This document shows positions 1 to 13,621 of a DNA stretch of 64,000 nucleotides, in pieces. Both the position numbers and the translations under genes were made by a program. The stretch is from Mobula birostris (taxonomy: Eukaryota), in assembly GCF_030028105.1 (NCBI RefSeq), contig NC_092382.1, positions 98,162,699-98,226,698 of the forward strand, in the 5' to 3' direction. The notes beneath the pieces are model-generated. The model saw only the letters and a list, made by a program, of their open reading frames with translations. It did not search any database and had not been told where the DNA came from. Position 1 is the first letter of the stretch; the number at the start of each line of letters is the position of its first letter.

Positions 1-189
1 AAATGACAAAATATCCAACTCTGAGGTGTGGAGTAACCCCAGCGGCGATTCTTATTAAAAGTAACACATCTGCCATTATAGGCAATATTCCCAAAATGCT
101 CCCCATCGAATTATTGACAATTTGGTCGGTCTACCTCCTTATATTTTTCCTATCCTACGTTTGGTCGGTCTTGGAGACGAATGATAAAA

Positions 190-1375
190 TAAGTCAGTCA
201 GCATGGTTGTCCATTGGAAATATGAAATATTTCGTTCCGAAAGTTGCTTACAGGGCGGAAAGAGGCGGCGCATTGGATTTTACTTGGATTTTCAGAAGCC
301 ATTTGAAGCCACACATGAGGCAGCTTAACAAAATTAAATCCTATGGTGTTACAGGAAGGATACTGGCATGGATGGAAGAATAGCTGAGAGGCAGGAGGCA
401 CCGAGTGGGAATAAAAGGGGTCTTTTCCGGTTGACGGCGAGTGACCAGTGCTGTTGCTCAAGGGTTAAAATTTGACAGGTGGCTTTTCATATTGTTTATC
501 AATGATTTCGATAATGGAATTAATGCTTTGTCGCACATCTTGTGGATGATGCGAAAATGGACGGAAGGGTAGGTAGGGCTGAGGAAGCAATGCGATTGCA
601 ACACGACATGGACAAATTGGAGGAATGTTCCAGAATGGCAGACGGAAAGCAATGTTGGGATATTATGATACTGCATTTTCGTAAAAGAAACAATTACATA
701 GACTGTTATCTGAACAGGAATGAGGTTCAAAGATCAATGGTACAGAGAGACTTTGCAGTCCTCGTGAAGAATCACATTAATTTACAGTTAAGTCTGTGGT
801 GAAGAAGACAAACGGAATGTTGGCATTTATTTCAAGGGAGTAAAATACAAAAGCAAGCAGATAATGAAGAGCCTTCATAAGACACTAGTCAGGCCGCACT
901 TTGAGTAGTTAAAACAAGCGGTTCATATCTCAGAAAGAGTGCGTTGTCATTGGAGAGGATCGAGAGGAGGATTCGGGAATGAAAGATTTAACGTGTGAGT
1001 GTCGTTTGGCGATTTTAGGCCTGATCTCACTGGAATTTAGACGAATGCTGGAGGATCTCATTGAAACCTACAGGGTGTTCAAAGGACTAGATAGGGTGGA
1101 TATAAAGAGAATGTTTCCTATGGGTAGGGTATACAGCACTCGAGGATACAACATCACAAAAGAGGCGCGACCCTACAGAAAAGACTGCTGCGCACTTCAA
1201 ATCCGTGCTGATAGTTAAGGCGGAAATCGATCGGTCTCTGATCGTTCAGGCCATCAAAAATATGGCGTGATGGTAGGATTATGTAGTTGAGTGGGTTCGA
1301 TCACAGCCATGATAGGAAGCCGGAGCAAACTCGCCAGCACAATGGCCCATTTCTGCTCCTATCTCTGATGTTGTT
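190..1375 (+). mobile_element. CR1-type LINE, decayed 3' part (RT C-terminus and tail)
   Basis: Broken ORFs resemble CR1 ORF2 (HMRQLNKIKSYGVTGRILAWME, LISLEFRRMLEDLIETYRVFKGLDRVD); many stops and frameshifts. Confidence 0.75.
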
Positions 1376-3202
1376 ATGGACTATCTAAATATTTTATTAG
1401 CCTGTCCCATTTTTAGTGTTGTTATGATTCTCGCAAACTTCTGATCATTCAATTATGGGCTGATCCAGCACAATGGGAAACTAATCTTTCCCACTTTGTA
1501 TAATGAGTGTAAACTTCCATTTTCCTCATAGGCACATGTCTGTCTCAGCTTCCCTTCAAGGTCACGAATCCTTTACCTCTACCACCATACTAGAAGTGAA
1601 TCCCATGGACTCTCTGCTTAAAGGTCTAGCCCTTTAATGTTTATTTGAAATTGCCACCGAGAAGTTCCCCGTCACGTTATGCATGCTTCTAAATCAATGA
1701 TTCTGGTGTAATCTGCAAGATTATTAGTCAGCACATTTTCATACATCCGATTTTTGGTTGTGTATATCTGAAACCCCGGAACAACTCACTGTCGATCAGT
1801 GTCTATGAACTCTTCTTTATGCATTGTGATTAACATGCGATTACTGGGTTACAACGTTGTAATTTCTGCATTAATGTCTGTCACCTGCTGGCGGCATTAA
1901 GAACAGACCTATCATTTCACTGGCTACCTTTCCAACCCATCTGCACTTTCACCAAGCTCCGTCAACAACCACAACTCCATCACGTTTTGTGCCGCCTGCA
2001 AGCACGTTTATGCATAATCCCTATTTTATTCCAGAACATCTCCAAATTGTCACGTGCAGAATCGCTGCGCTCCACCACTGCCTTCTGCCCTCTATGTTCA
2101 GAACATATTTGAATCCACGCTTTCCTCTGCAGCTCCGTCTTACGGATCCCCCTCCCGGAAAAGGTCCTTCTCAAATGTCTTACTTCCAGTCTGTTCCCAT
2201 GGCTAACAGAATGCCTGACGTTTCCAGTGGCTTAATCAGCATATAAGTATTAGCATTAGGATTGTATGAGGCAACAAGAGCCCCCCGAGGAAACCAACGC
2301 CGTAACAGACAACGGCGGGAAAGGAGCAGATCACCGGATGGTCAAACAGGGAAGGAGAAAAGGACAGACTCCGAGGGATCGAAAAAGATGACGGTCGACG
2401 TTTCGGAGAGTTTACGTTCCAATCAGTATCTCACGTGGAATACTCCAGTGCCAAACACTATTCCTGAAATGTTAGCGGGAAAAACAAAAAAAAAACTCTG
2501 ATGTATCCAAACCAATCGAAGGTGTTTGTGCGAGAGCAATACTTCTGACAGTATTTCACATTTCGTGCCGAATCTCAATATATAAATAGACACCCGGTAC
2601 CCTTTCCTCAACAATCACGTTCCCCACATGCCCAATGTACTCAATCCGATCCGACTGATACGATCACCACGGCACAAATTGTCCAAGAGTTTCTTTATTT
2701 TTTCAAAAGGCTCTGCGGATGACAATAGTTGCTTCGGAAGAACAAACGGAGAATGAATGAGTGGTTTTACGAGTGCGTGGTAATGAATTATTTTCGACGT
2801 GCAGGCATATCTTCAAAGATTAAAGGTCCGAGTGGAGTCCCGGTGAGTTTTTGGCAAGTTACAAATGGGCCCTCGGCGGAGGAAAGAAATGGAACTATAA
2901 TGGGGAAATTAGGGCCTTATTAGGGCCGCATGGGACCCGCAGAGAACAACGTCGTATTGTGAGTGCGATGTCCAAGAATGGCAGAATCACCCACTTGGTG
3001 GAACTCAGACAGACATTACAGGGAACTGGTGAAGAAGGTAAACTGGAAGGAACTCTGTGGAAAGCAGATTGTTGACACTCCTCAATCATATTGGTGCATC
3101 AAGGTGTGAAGGGCAAAAGATTACCACGGCCGTTCAGAGTCCCTATGGAACAGGACATGCCAGTGAATAAATGGTATATTTTGGGGAGGTATTCGAGAAA
3201 GG

Positions 3203-6200
3203 TTACTGAGGATTAATGCGGTCCTGACAACGCCGAGTGCACTTTACCATGAGACAGAAGGGCGATTTCACCGTCTCCTTCAGCTGCACCCTGAACCTGG
3301 CCTGGACCACGGCGTAAAGGGCCGTGTTGGTGCAGCAGCTGAGGAGCTGCAGCATGTAGCCCAGTTCCCGCAGAGAATCCGGGGGAACCAAGTAAAAATA
3401 AAGATAGAAGCTCTCCCATACGGAATACACCGTCAACTGCGCCCATAGCAGGATGAAGTTCCCCGACATCACCAGCAGTAACTGGAGGGATTGCCTGCGG
3501 TTCTTCATCTCCGGGTCGGCGGGCGTCTCGCCATCGCGCGAACCACGGAGTCTCCTCCGGGCTCGGCTGGCCACTAGGACGTGCCTGATGGTTAAACTGT
3601 TCAACAGGAGAATCAGAACAAAGGGGAGTATTGGGGTGAGGAGGAAATGAAACAGCAGAAATATTGCCAGCTGCATTGCGGAAAATAAACGGTTAAAAGT
3701 CATACACAACACGGTCGTAATTTTTATCGAATAGAACCGATTGAGCATGAAGTACCAGAATATGTTCTTTACGCAGCTCAGCACAATTACTGTCCCCAGA
3801 ACCAGAGCCGCCGATCTCCCGGTGCAGTATTTCCGTTTCAGCTTCTGAAAACAAATGGCGACAAATCGATCAAAGGTGAAAGTGACGGTGAACCAGACAG
3901 AACAGTCCGTGACGCCGTACAACACGACGGCGTGGATATTACACACGGGAACACGAGCTGACCAGTAGAAAACCTTCATTGGCATGTAAGTCATCGGAAT
4001 CTTGTTCAATACCACATCCGAGAGAACGACGAGCTGATCCGCTGCTACCATGGCAACCAGGTACCTTGTGACGCCTTTGGAGAGACCGCACTTTCCCCGC
4101 GACAGGATGACGATAGTCAACACGTTCACTGTGCGGAGGGAAATAAAGACCATTAACACACATTTGGATGGAAGCATTCTCTGAAAACAATTATTTTAAT
4201 CTATGGCACTTCCGAGAGCAGTGATGAACATGGAATTAACGTATCTGCTGAGGAGATTATCGGGAGCAGTTATTAAATCGGTAGTGATTATAATGTACAT
4301 GCTGAAGTTCAGGTGAATGAGGAGTACCTCATTGAAACCTATCGAATATTGAATGGCTTAGATATCGTGGACGTGGAGAGGGTTGCTTCTGTCGTGGGGG
4401 AGTCGACAACCTGAATACGTGACTTCACAATAGAAAGACATCCCTTTAAAACGGAGATGGGTAGTAAGTCCTTCAGACGGAGACAGGTGACTGTGTGCAA
4501 TTCATCGCCGCAGACGGCTGTGGGACGCATGTCATTGGAACCATTGGTCGAGGAGAGAGATGGGCTCTTGATTCAACAGGTCGACGATGTCTACGGGACT
4601 GGGCGTCAGAATGTGGTTGAGAGCGATAATGAATCAGCCACGATGGAATGGCGGGGAAGGCTCGGTGCTCGAATAACCGAATTTAGCTCCCGAGCCTTGT
4701 GGGCAAAGCAGTCATAGCAACCGATGGCTGGAATGTATTCTGATCTTTGGCACCAGAAGAACGAGTTGCAAACGGGAATTGTTCAGAGAATAATAAACTA
4801 ATTAATGTACTAAATATCAAGGTGACCGAAATTCAACTGCTTTCAATTGCATACACGAGAGAAAACGAGAACATAAGAACATTAATAATTGGAGCAGGAA
4901 CAGTCCATCTTTTCGATCAGGCATGATCTGACAATGAAGAAGATCATGGCTGATCTGACCATGGACTCATCGCCGCATACCTACCTTTTCCTCATGACTA
5001 TTAATTCAACTACTATGCAAAAATTATGCCAGCCAGTCTTAAATATATTTATTGAGGTAGCCTCCACTGCTTCACTGAGCAGAGAATTCCACAGATTCAC
5101 CCCCCTCTGAGAGAAGAAGTTCCCTCCTAATCACAGTCCTAAATTTACTCCGCAGAATCCTCAGGCTATGTCCCGTAGTTCCAGTCTCACTTACCACTGG
5201 AAACAACTTTCCTGCCACTATCTTATCTATGCATTCCATAATTTTATGTGTTTCTAGAATATTTCCTCTCATTCTTCTGAGTTCCAGCTAGTCCGATTCC
5301 AGTCGACTCGATTTCCATTCATAGTCCAACCACCTCATCTCTGGAATCAACTGGAGATCCGCCTGCACAGCCAGTTTATCCATCTTCAAGTCGGGAGACC
5401 GGAACAGCACAGTACTCCAAATGCCGCCTCACCAGTACCTTGTGCAGTTGTCACATAACCTCCATAAACATGGTATTTGTATTCTTGATAGCCCGCTGGA
5501 CCTGCAAACTAACCTTCTGTGACTCAAGCACATGCACTCCCAAGCCCCTCCGCAGAGCAGCATACCGCAATCGTTCACCACTTCATTAATATTCTGTTCT
5601 TACATTTGCCTTCCCCAAGTGGATAACCTCACAGTTACCAAATTTTCACTCCACGGCCAGACGCTGGTACATTCGCTGAATATACTAATATCCTACTGCA
5701 TGCCGTCAGTTTCCTCTGCATTCTTCGTATCGGCGAGTGATCACGGCAGTGATGATGCCCACGTGACCTTTTGCTTGTTTAACTGGTGAGACGTTGGAGC
5801 TACTTATTCATTCATTTAATTCCGTTCATACCATATAATTCCATCATATTTAATCTGCCAGAATGAATGGCCTCACACTTATCTGTGTTGAACTCCATCT
5901 GCCTCTACTTACAGCAGTTTTCCATCCCATCAACACTATCCAAAACACCCCAATTTTGGGTGTTGAGCAAATTTACTGACCCATCGCTGCACTTCTTTCC
6001 CCCAGGTCATTTATAAAAATGACGAAGAGTACGGGTTCCAGAATAAATCTCTGAGGCATACCCCTGGTCAACGCCCTCAATGCAGAATATGACTGTCTGC
6101 AACAACACGTGCCTTCTGTGGGCAAGCCATTTCTGTATACACATAGCAATATGCCCTTGGATCACATTCCTGATTACTTTCACCATAAGCCTTGCATGGT

Positions 6201-6535
6201 ATATCTTATCAAATACACTCAGCCGATGTTTGCTGAAACTATACCAGTTGGAAAGACCTGCCTTTCAATTAGCGAGTCGTAAGAAGACAGGTATGAAAGA
6301 TAAGCTGACTTATATTTTTCAATGTAAATCATGAGGAAGAGACGAGACACTTACCAGGAAGAGCTACAGTGGCGAGTACAGGGTAGTAAACCAGTCTGAA
6401 TGTTTGCAGCGCATAAAAGATACGTGAGTCCAACGTCAGCCATTCATAATTTTCAACAAGATATTGATACGCCCAGAAAATATTAATCGCAACTCCAGGA
6501 GCGTTCCGCGATATATTTCGCAGATTATGATCCAT
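3203..6535 (-). CDS. Class A GPCR, GPR139/GPR142-like, copy 1; two coding exons (6535-6355, 4128-3203), 368 aa
   Basis: Exon 1 ATG at 6535 (MDHNLRN...YYPVLATVALP) ends G|GTAAGT in phase 1; acceptor CAG|TG at 4128; spliced frame open; 7TM pattern with FTFDRFVAIC (DRY-like) and LSCCTNTALY (NPxxY-like). Confidence 0.9.
4870..6150 (-). mobile_element. CR1 LINE fragments in GPCR intron, shared by all three GPCR units
   Basis: Antisense CR1 RT and tail sequence; paralogous blocks at ~18670-20470 and ~31360-32680. Confidence 0.7.
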
Positions 6536-6879
6536 GGCTGGGGCAGTCAGATTCCTGTTCCCGATCCAGCCTCTGTCTTCTCTCTGTCTGCAGCCGCTGG
6601 TCTCTGACAGCATAGACTGGCGGCTCTAACTGAAACTGTGCTTGTGAGGTATGCCGTCCATATTAATAGACCAGGCAACCAGCAGCCACACCTCCGTGGT
6701 GACGTCGAAAATCCCCACGGACACACCCTTAATTAGGTTCTACGGAATGACAGGTGCAGTTAACCCTTTGTTTGCAGACAATAATTATTGCATAGATTGT
6801 TCTCAAATATTGTGGATGTTGTAGCAGAGTTTTGGTGGGGTGGGGGGAGGGGCGCACTGAAGAATCACCTGACAGTGTT

Positions 6880-7260
6880 CAATCACAGTGTCCAGGTCTC
6901 AGGCTCTTGATTTGCCTCTGTGCCTCAGAAGGGAAGTGGACGTTGTGCGGTGTTTCTCTGTGTGTGAGGTGGTGGGTGGGTGGTGCGGCAGGGTGAAAGT
7001 CACGGTGTTGTGATAGGATATTCGTCAGTGGTGCTGACAGCTGGTTCTGTCGGCGACAACGTAATGGATATCTCGGAATAGTCCTCAGGATACTTAACTG
7101 GGAGTGTGAAAAGCTGGAATTGGCGGCCCATTGAGTTACCGATAACATGGGTACGATGAGCGATGAAGTTCTTCACTGCCAGTTCCAGGAGTTAAGAGGT
7201 AACTTAGAAGTCATGATTTGCTGCCCATGCTACGTGCTTGTGAGGCGGAAACGAGGAAGA
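6880..7260 (+). mobile_element. CR1 ORF1 fragment (SGNH-esterase-like region)
   Basis: Decayed VVIGDSIVRG-type motif; paralogous to ~24470-24900 and ~34430-34900. Confidence 0.55.
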
Positions 7261-7269
7261 TTATACAGA

Positions 7270-7870
7270 TTAATAGGTTGCGAAAGGTTCGCTTTTATAT
7301 CCCAGACCTCTGGAAATGGATGCTAACATTGCATTTGGCTTCTTCGCATTTCTGCATATTATCCTGCAGGGAATTTTCCCAAAAGGCTCTGCACCTCTGC
7401 TTGTTTCAATATTCCCCCCATTGTTAAAATAGTCCAGGCCAATACCGAGAGTGTACAGTTTATTGCATGGCGAAGGAGTTGCTTTTATATACCAATCCTC
7501 TGAAAATGAATTAGAACATGCATTTGTCTCCATCGCTACTGACTCAATCTGCAGACTGTCTGGTAGCTCAGCAACTCTGCTTTTTGCTTTCATAAGATCT
7601 TCCCATTTACGAAATATTTCACGCCTTTATTCCCTCTGCCAAAGAGTAAGTCTGGGCACTTCCGTACAAAATATTCCTTCATAATTCTTTGCCTCTTCTC
7701 CAGTCTGTCTAATTCTTACTGCAAGCACCGTTCTTCCTCAACGCTACCTGCCTTTCCATTTACCTTCACATGGGTCTGAAACCCTGTCACAAAGCCATAA
7801 AATCCTTCATCCAAATCATTGACGGAAAACACGATAAGAAGGGGTCCCAACACCGATTGCTGCGGAACTC
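7270..7870 (-). mobile_element. CR1 RT fragment
   Basis: Minus-strand ORF remnant (LASISRGLGYKS); paralogues at ~24850-25400 and ~34900-35440. Confidence 0.6.
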
Positions 7871-8964
7871 CACTGATTACCGCTGTCCAATCAGAAAATG
7901 ACCTACGCCGTAATGTTTATGGACATCTCTAGAAGGCCACAATATTACACACCACCAAGATAGTCTGAAAGTTCCCGGCAAATGAGAAATGAGCGTGCTT
8001 GGCTATGTCCGGACATCAGGGTTCACCAGCTGCTGAGAAACTGAAAAGACAGAACGACTTACTATAAATACAAGAGTCAGATGGCAACGAACTATATAAC
8101 TACCGAGCAGTAATTATAGGTGGGCCAATCCACAGTAACCGTCCGGATATAGTAACACAGGATAGACAAAGAACAACAGCTTATTCAATAGATAAAGCCA
8201 TTGCATTCACACTAAACATAGATAAATTAGTGCTTGCAAAATACAGCAATCTGCTGAATTCACCCTTACACACTGTTCATATTCTATACCTTCACAGTAT
8301 GATCCGAGACAAGATTGACCCGGCCCAAGAATCCCCTCATAACAAGTTCCTGTACCAACTTTTGAACGACAGATCGTTTTACAATGTACAGATACACTAT
8401 TGAACATGAATAACTGGGTGATTCATCCTATATTAATGTTTTAGAGGGCAAGCAGAGTGTAGTTTACAGAGAAAAAATCGTTTATGGGGAAAAAGCATCT
8501 ACTATCACAACATCCTGTCCTATTTTACCTCAGACATGAAAACATAATAGCCATTGTGATTTAAATATATTTGCTGAAACTGAAAATGGAAAGAACATTC
8601 TGGAACTTTGGAGTGAATTATATAGCTATTTATAATCATTACTACCATCAAACACTGACCTCACTGCTATATCATAAAATATCCTCATAACTGATATGTA
8701 ATTATAATTGTAATATGTAATTATTAATTCAACAATATTAAGCACAACCAATATAGTCTGAAAGTTCCCAGCAACTGAGAAATGTATGTGCTGGCGATGT
8801 CCGGACCAGCAGCTGAGAAACAGAAAAGACACAACAATTTACTATCAATACAAGTTAGATTCCTACAAATTACATGCCAATTGGTCAGTTACTGCAGATG
8901 TGAAAATCCATAATAACTGTCCGGATAAAATAACACAGGATAGACAAAGAACAACAACTTATTT

Positions 8965-11440
8965 AATAGTTATAGTCTTTCGGAACATATTAGGTGTTCT
9001 GCACGAGGACTCCCAATTTTCTTTGCAGCGCAGTCACGTCTGCACGATTAGCAATTCGTCTGCACATTTAATTCTGCTACCAAAGTGCATGACCATGCAT
9101 TATCCAACATTGTATTTCACATTACAATTTCGTCCCAATTCTACTAACCTGTGTAAGGTACTCTGCAAACGACGTCTTTCCTCAACTGTATCTGCCCCCA
9201 CACCAATATTCGAACTGTCTCAAAAATTCGCAGAAAAAAAAAGCGGTTCCATCATCTATATCATTAACATAGAACATAAAAAAGTGTCCTCTGCACCGAC
9301 ACCTGCGGAACACCGTTTGTCACTGGCAAACAGCCAGCAACGGATCCTTTTTTTTCCCACTCGCTGCCTCCGACCATTCACCCAATGCTCCTCGTATTTC
9401 TTGTAATACAATGGACTCTTAATTTGCTAAGCAGCCTCATGCGTGACACCTTGTCAAAGGTCTTTTGAGAGTCCCAATAGACAACATCTGTGCACCCTCC
9501 TTATCTATCTACATGGATTCTCCTCAACCAAATCCAGCAGATCAGTCAGGGTTTTATCACAATTTCTGAAATATGTATGTCCCTTCGGCCTGATGATATC
9601 TGCGTAGGATACCGAGCGAGACAGCAGAGGAACGTGCTGACTTTGTCCTCCTTTGTCCTCATGCTTAACAATTGAATCCAATATCTTCCCAACCACTAAG
9701 GTCAGGCTATCTGTAACATATTTCCCTTTCTGCTACCTTCCTCCTTTCCTAAAAAATCTGGTGGCAGTTACAATCTTTCAGTCCTCTGACACTGTGCCAG
9801 AATCCAATGGTTTTCAGAAAGATCATTAAACATGCCTCAGCATCTCCATCGCTCATTCTTTTCCAACCCAAAGGTGTAGTTCATCAGGCCCGGGTGACTT
9901 ATGTACCCTTAGGTCTTTCAGGTGATTGAGCACCTTCTCTCTTGTAACAGTAAGCGAGCCCACCTCTCTTCCTTCACACACGACAACATCAGGCAAACTG
10001 CTGGAGTCTCCCACAGTGAAGACTGATGCTACATACTCATATAGCTCAACTGCCATCTCATTGTTCCCCGTTGTTTTTTCTCTTGCCTCATTTTCTAGCG
10101 GTCCTATATCCCCTTTCATTCCTCATTTAATTTTATGTCCTTGAAAATGCTGTTACTATCCACTTAGAAATTTTTTTGTCATCTTGCTTCGAATTTCATC
10201 TTTTCCTTCTAATGGATCGTTCAGTTGCTCTCCGTATGTTTAATCTTCATCTTTGCGCTGTTCTATGCTCTCTCCTTAGTGTAAGGGGGTTTCGTCTTTT
10301 ATGTTACTGCGGAGGCTACATTTGCTCTGGCGTTCGGTTTGACTTCCCTTGTCAGCCACGATGGTACTATTTTGCTTTTTGCCTCTTTCTTTGTTTTTAC
10401 AATAGATCTATTCTGCACGTTCCCCGGTTTTACCAGAACTCACTCCATTTCTGCACTGCAAACAACGCTGAAAGCCTCTCCTTTAAATTCCTTCGGCCGA
10501 GACTTTCACATACCACTGTCATCTCGTTTACTGCACTGAAATACTACTGCGTCAGACTTTAAATTCTTCTTGTCGCATGTCAATTTGAAGTCAATCATAG
10601 TGTGATCACTGCCTTTGATTTCAACGCTGTGACTCAGAATGGAAGGGAGAGAGCAGGAGTTACAGGGGATTAAATAGTTGGAGGAGCAGACAGGAGGTTC
10701 AGTGGAGACACCTAGATGGAGGGGAAAAAGGCCGTGATATGGGGGCAGCGGGATACTGATCCAATGCAGAGTTGGGTTCACTAAAATGTCTCAACACTTT
10801 TGACACAATATCATCATTCCCTGCAATAATATCGTTAGCCTCATGATCTTGTATATTGTATATCCGTTTCCGTGGTGAATGCCGGTTTGAGGTAATCATG
10901 AAGGATTTTCAGCACTTCCTGTCTCCAGATACGCTGCTTTCTTCATTAAAAGGCCCACCATTCTCCTCGCTCCCCATTTGCTGCTGATTTTCCTTTTGGA
11001 TATCCCTTGTTGCAACAATCGCGTTTTGTTTAATAACCTCCGCATTTCTGGCTCGAATTAAGACGGCTAAACATTAAACTTCATTTATTTTCTCCTGCCG
11101 ATATTTGCAATGCCTCGCTTCATATATATTTCCGAGCCTCGCCTTGTCCTGCTTCATACTTAGCTTCACCCTCAGATAAAAAAGAAACATGCTGATACTG
11201 AGATCCAAACGATAAAATATCCACCTCTGAAATCTGGACTTAGCCCCGGCGGGGATTCATAATAAAAGTTTCCCAGTTCCAGCCCAATGCATTTATATTC
11301 GGAGCTCCCTCCGTGAAGACCAGTCTGATCATAACCTATAACGACCTTTACACATCTGCGATTATGGGCACTGTACCCAAAATTTTCCCCATCGAATAAT
11401 TGGTAATGTGGTCGGTATAACTCCATATTCTCTTTTCTAA
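8965..11440 (-). mobile_element. CR1 LINE ORF2 (endonuclease and RT), decayed
   Basis: Remnants such as GPLENEAREKTTGNNEMAVELYEYVASVFT, KSPGPDELH and an EN-like GNFYYESPP segment. Confidence 0.8.
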
Positions 11441-12009
11441 TCCACTTGGAGCCTCAGGGAATGGAACAGTTGAAAACTAATGCTGCTTATTTATGACCAG
11501 AGGCAGCAATGGGGGCTAAGAAATTACCTATTAACTTAAAGGGTTCTTTGCTTCTGTGTTTGTTGTGGAAGGCGCGATCAGTGTGCCAGAGTCCCGAGAG
11601 TGCCAGGCATCGGGATTGAGTGACATTGTTATTACAAATGAAGACGTGCTCGGCAAACACAAAAGTCTTCAGGTGAAAATGTTAACTGGGCCAGGTGGAC
11701 TACACCTAGAGTTCTGAGAGGGTTTGCAGAAGAGATAATGGATATAATGGTCATCTCCTTTCAAGAATGACTTGATTCTGGCATGTCCCGCAGGACTGGA
11801 AGATTACAAACGTCACACCGCTCTTTACAAAGGGAGGAAGGCAAAATCGTCCGGGATTTGGATTATGTGGAAGATGTGTAAACCGCCCGTTAAGTCAGTG
11901 CGGAGATGGATCTGGAGAAGATTCCAACTGGTGTGAGTCCGAGGAAGTACCGGGTAATCATGTGCAGGAGTTAAGTTGGGTGAATTTTTGCACTTAGGAA
12001 TAAGTGCTA

Positions 12010-12048
12010 GTGCGAGGGGTCCCGGGTTCAAATCCCGAACGAGCCCCA
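12010..12048 (+). other. 3' half of tRNA-Pro (read on minus strand as an extended primer-binding site); not an intact tRNA gene
   Basis: gtgcgaggggtcccgggttcaaatcccgaacgagcccca matches vertebrate tRNA-Pro from position 37 to CCA with ~3 differences; 5' half absent. Confidence 0.75.
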
Positions 12049-12052
12049 CAAA

Positions 12053-12572
12053 TGTAACGCTGATTGCTAACCTCTCGTGTTTATCGAGGGGAAACCACGT
12101 CCGCCCACCAAACCTCACGATTGCGTAGTTGCTGTGTAATACACCCTGGTTTAAACTCACACGTGAAATATCAGACATCACGATTTGCAGATTACACTTT
12201 ATAGAACTTACTGGAACTATGGAATTAATAGAGATATAATATAAAAGAAAGTAAATGGCGCCAAACTTATCAGAGTTCAACCACTTCACGCACAACCGTT
12301 GGAGCTCAATTAACGGTGTCTTCTTTTCACCACGCGATCTCCTCCGACCTCCTCGACCCGCCCCTGGGACCAAAGACGATGGTCGACCACAGCGCGTACA
12401 GCACGTCCTTCCTCTTCGGTTCTCCTCCCGAAAAACCCGGGAACTCATCCAGGTTCCCACACATACAGATAGAATAGCATTGGCACTCATGGGTTCGCTC
12501 GTCCCCTTTTGAATAATATTAACCCAAACAAGCAGGGGATAGAGAACTCTTTATTTCGCAGTTATTATTACA
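12053..12572 (-). mobile_element. Probable LTR (~520 bp)
   Basis: Ends TGTAA...TTACA; abuts tRNA-Pro PBS-like sequence 4 nt away; no TSD found. Confidence 0.55.
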
Positions 12573-13621
12573 GGAAGCCATTTTATATGGCATACAAAGA
12601 AGACATTTTAGACACCTCCGCAGCCAGTGTAACCAAGACCCAGTTACAATTGCAAGAGGGAAGACGTAATATTACTAGGGCCTTAATTGACTTGCTCATG
12701 TCCACTCCAGCTGCAGGCGAAGTCCCGCAGGACTGGCCAGTGATAATGTTTTATCTCTTTTTAAAACTATGGGTAAGTGAGACTCATTTCAGTTATATGG
12801 AGATAGGAGGTAAAAATTCGTATGTACAGGATTTACGAGATTAAAAAACCCAGCCGGGTTAGGGAGAGCTAGCATGGCTCTGTTCGGGGCAGGTCTGGTC
12901 TTACAACTTGAAAGAGTATTTTAACAAGGTGACGACAGGGATTGATGAGTGTAGAGCAGTGGATGCTGTCTACATGCTTTCAGTCAGGCGTTTGACATAC
13001 TCGCTCAAGAGGAGAAACAAAGGGATGGGCGGCCAATTGCCTCCCTGGACTCAGAACATATATGCGCATAGACGGAAGAGTAAGGTGACCGAAGCGACTT
13101 ATCCGAGATGGAGATCTGCAATTAGTGATGCTCGGCAGTGATCTGTGCTGAGATGCCTGATGCTTGTGATTTATATAAATGACCTGGATGAACGACTAGA
13201 TGGGTGGGCTGGTAGGTTTGCGGATGATGCCAAGGTTGATGGAGTTGTGGCCACTGTAGAAGTCTGGCAAAGAATACAATGAGACACAGATGAGTTGCAG
13301 ATATTAACAGCGACAGGACAGATGGAAATTAACCCAGATAAGTCCGCGATGCAGCACGCTGATAACAAGTAAATTTAAAGAAACAGTACAGTGTTTGGGC
13401 AAGCTCCTGAAGAGAGTTGCTGAACAGAGCTACCCTGGGATCTAAGGTCCCAGCCTCTTGAAAGTGGCTACGCAGGTCAACAAGGTGATTAAGAGACTTT
13501 TACAATGCCTAATATTATCAGTCAATGCAGGGATCTTAAATCAAGACATTATGTTGCAAATTATGAAAACTCTCGTCAGGGCACGTCGGAACACTGCTCG
13601 GATTAGACAACATGTCTTATG

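Noticed and set aside
1879-1891. CTCF-like ccagcaggtgaca downstream of GPCR copy 1
   Set aside because: Core mismatch and not retained at paralogous positions in units 2 and 3
3203-4177. Single-exon GPCR ORFs starting MLPSKC, MNVVTI and MFPAKY as given by the ORF track
   Set aside because: These starts are intronic or GTG; the conserved acceptor and 181-nt upstream exon supply the N-terminus and first half of TM1
12010-12048. Functional tRNA-Pro gene
   Set aside because: Acceptor 5' strand, D arm and anticodon are absent
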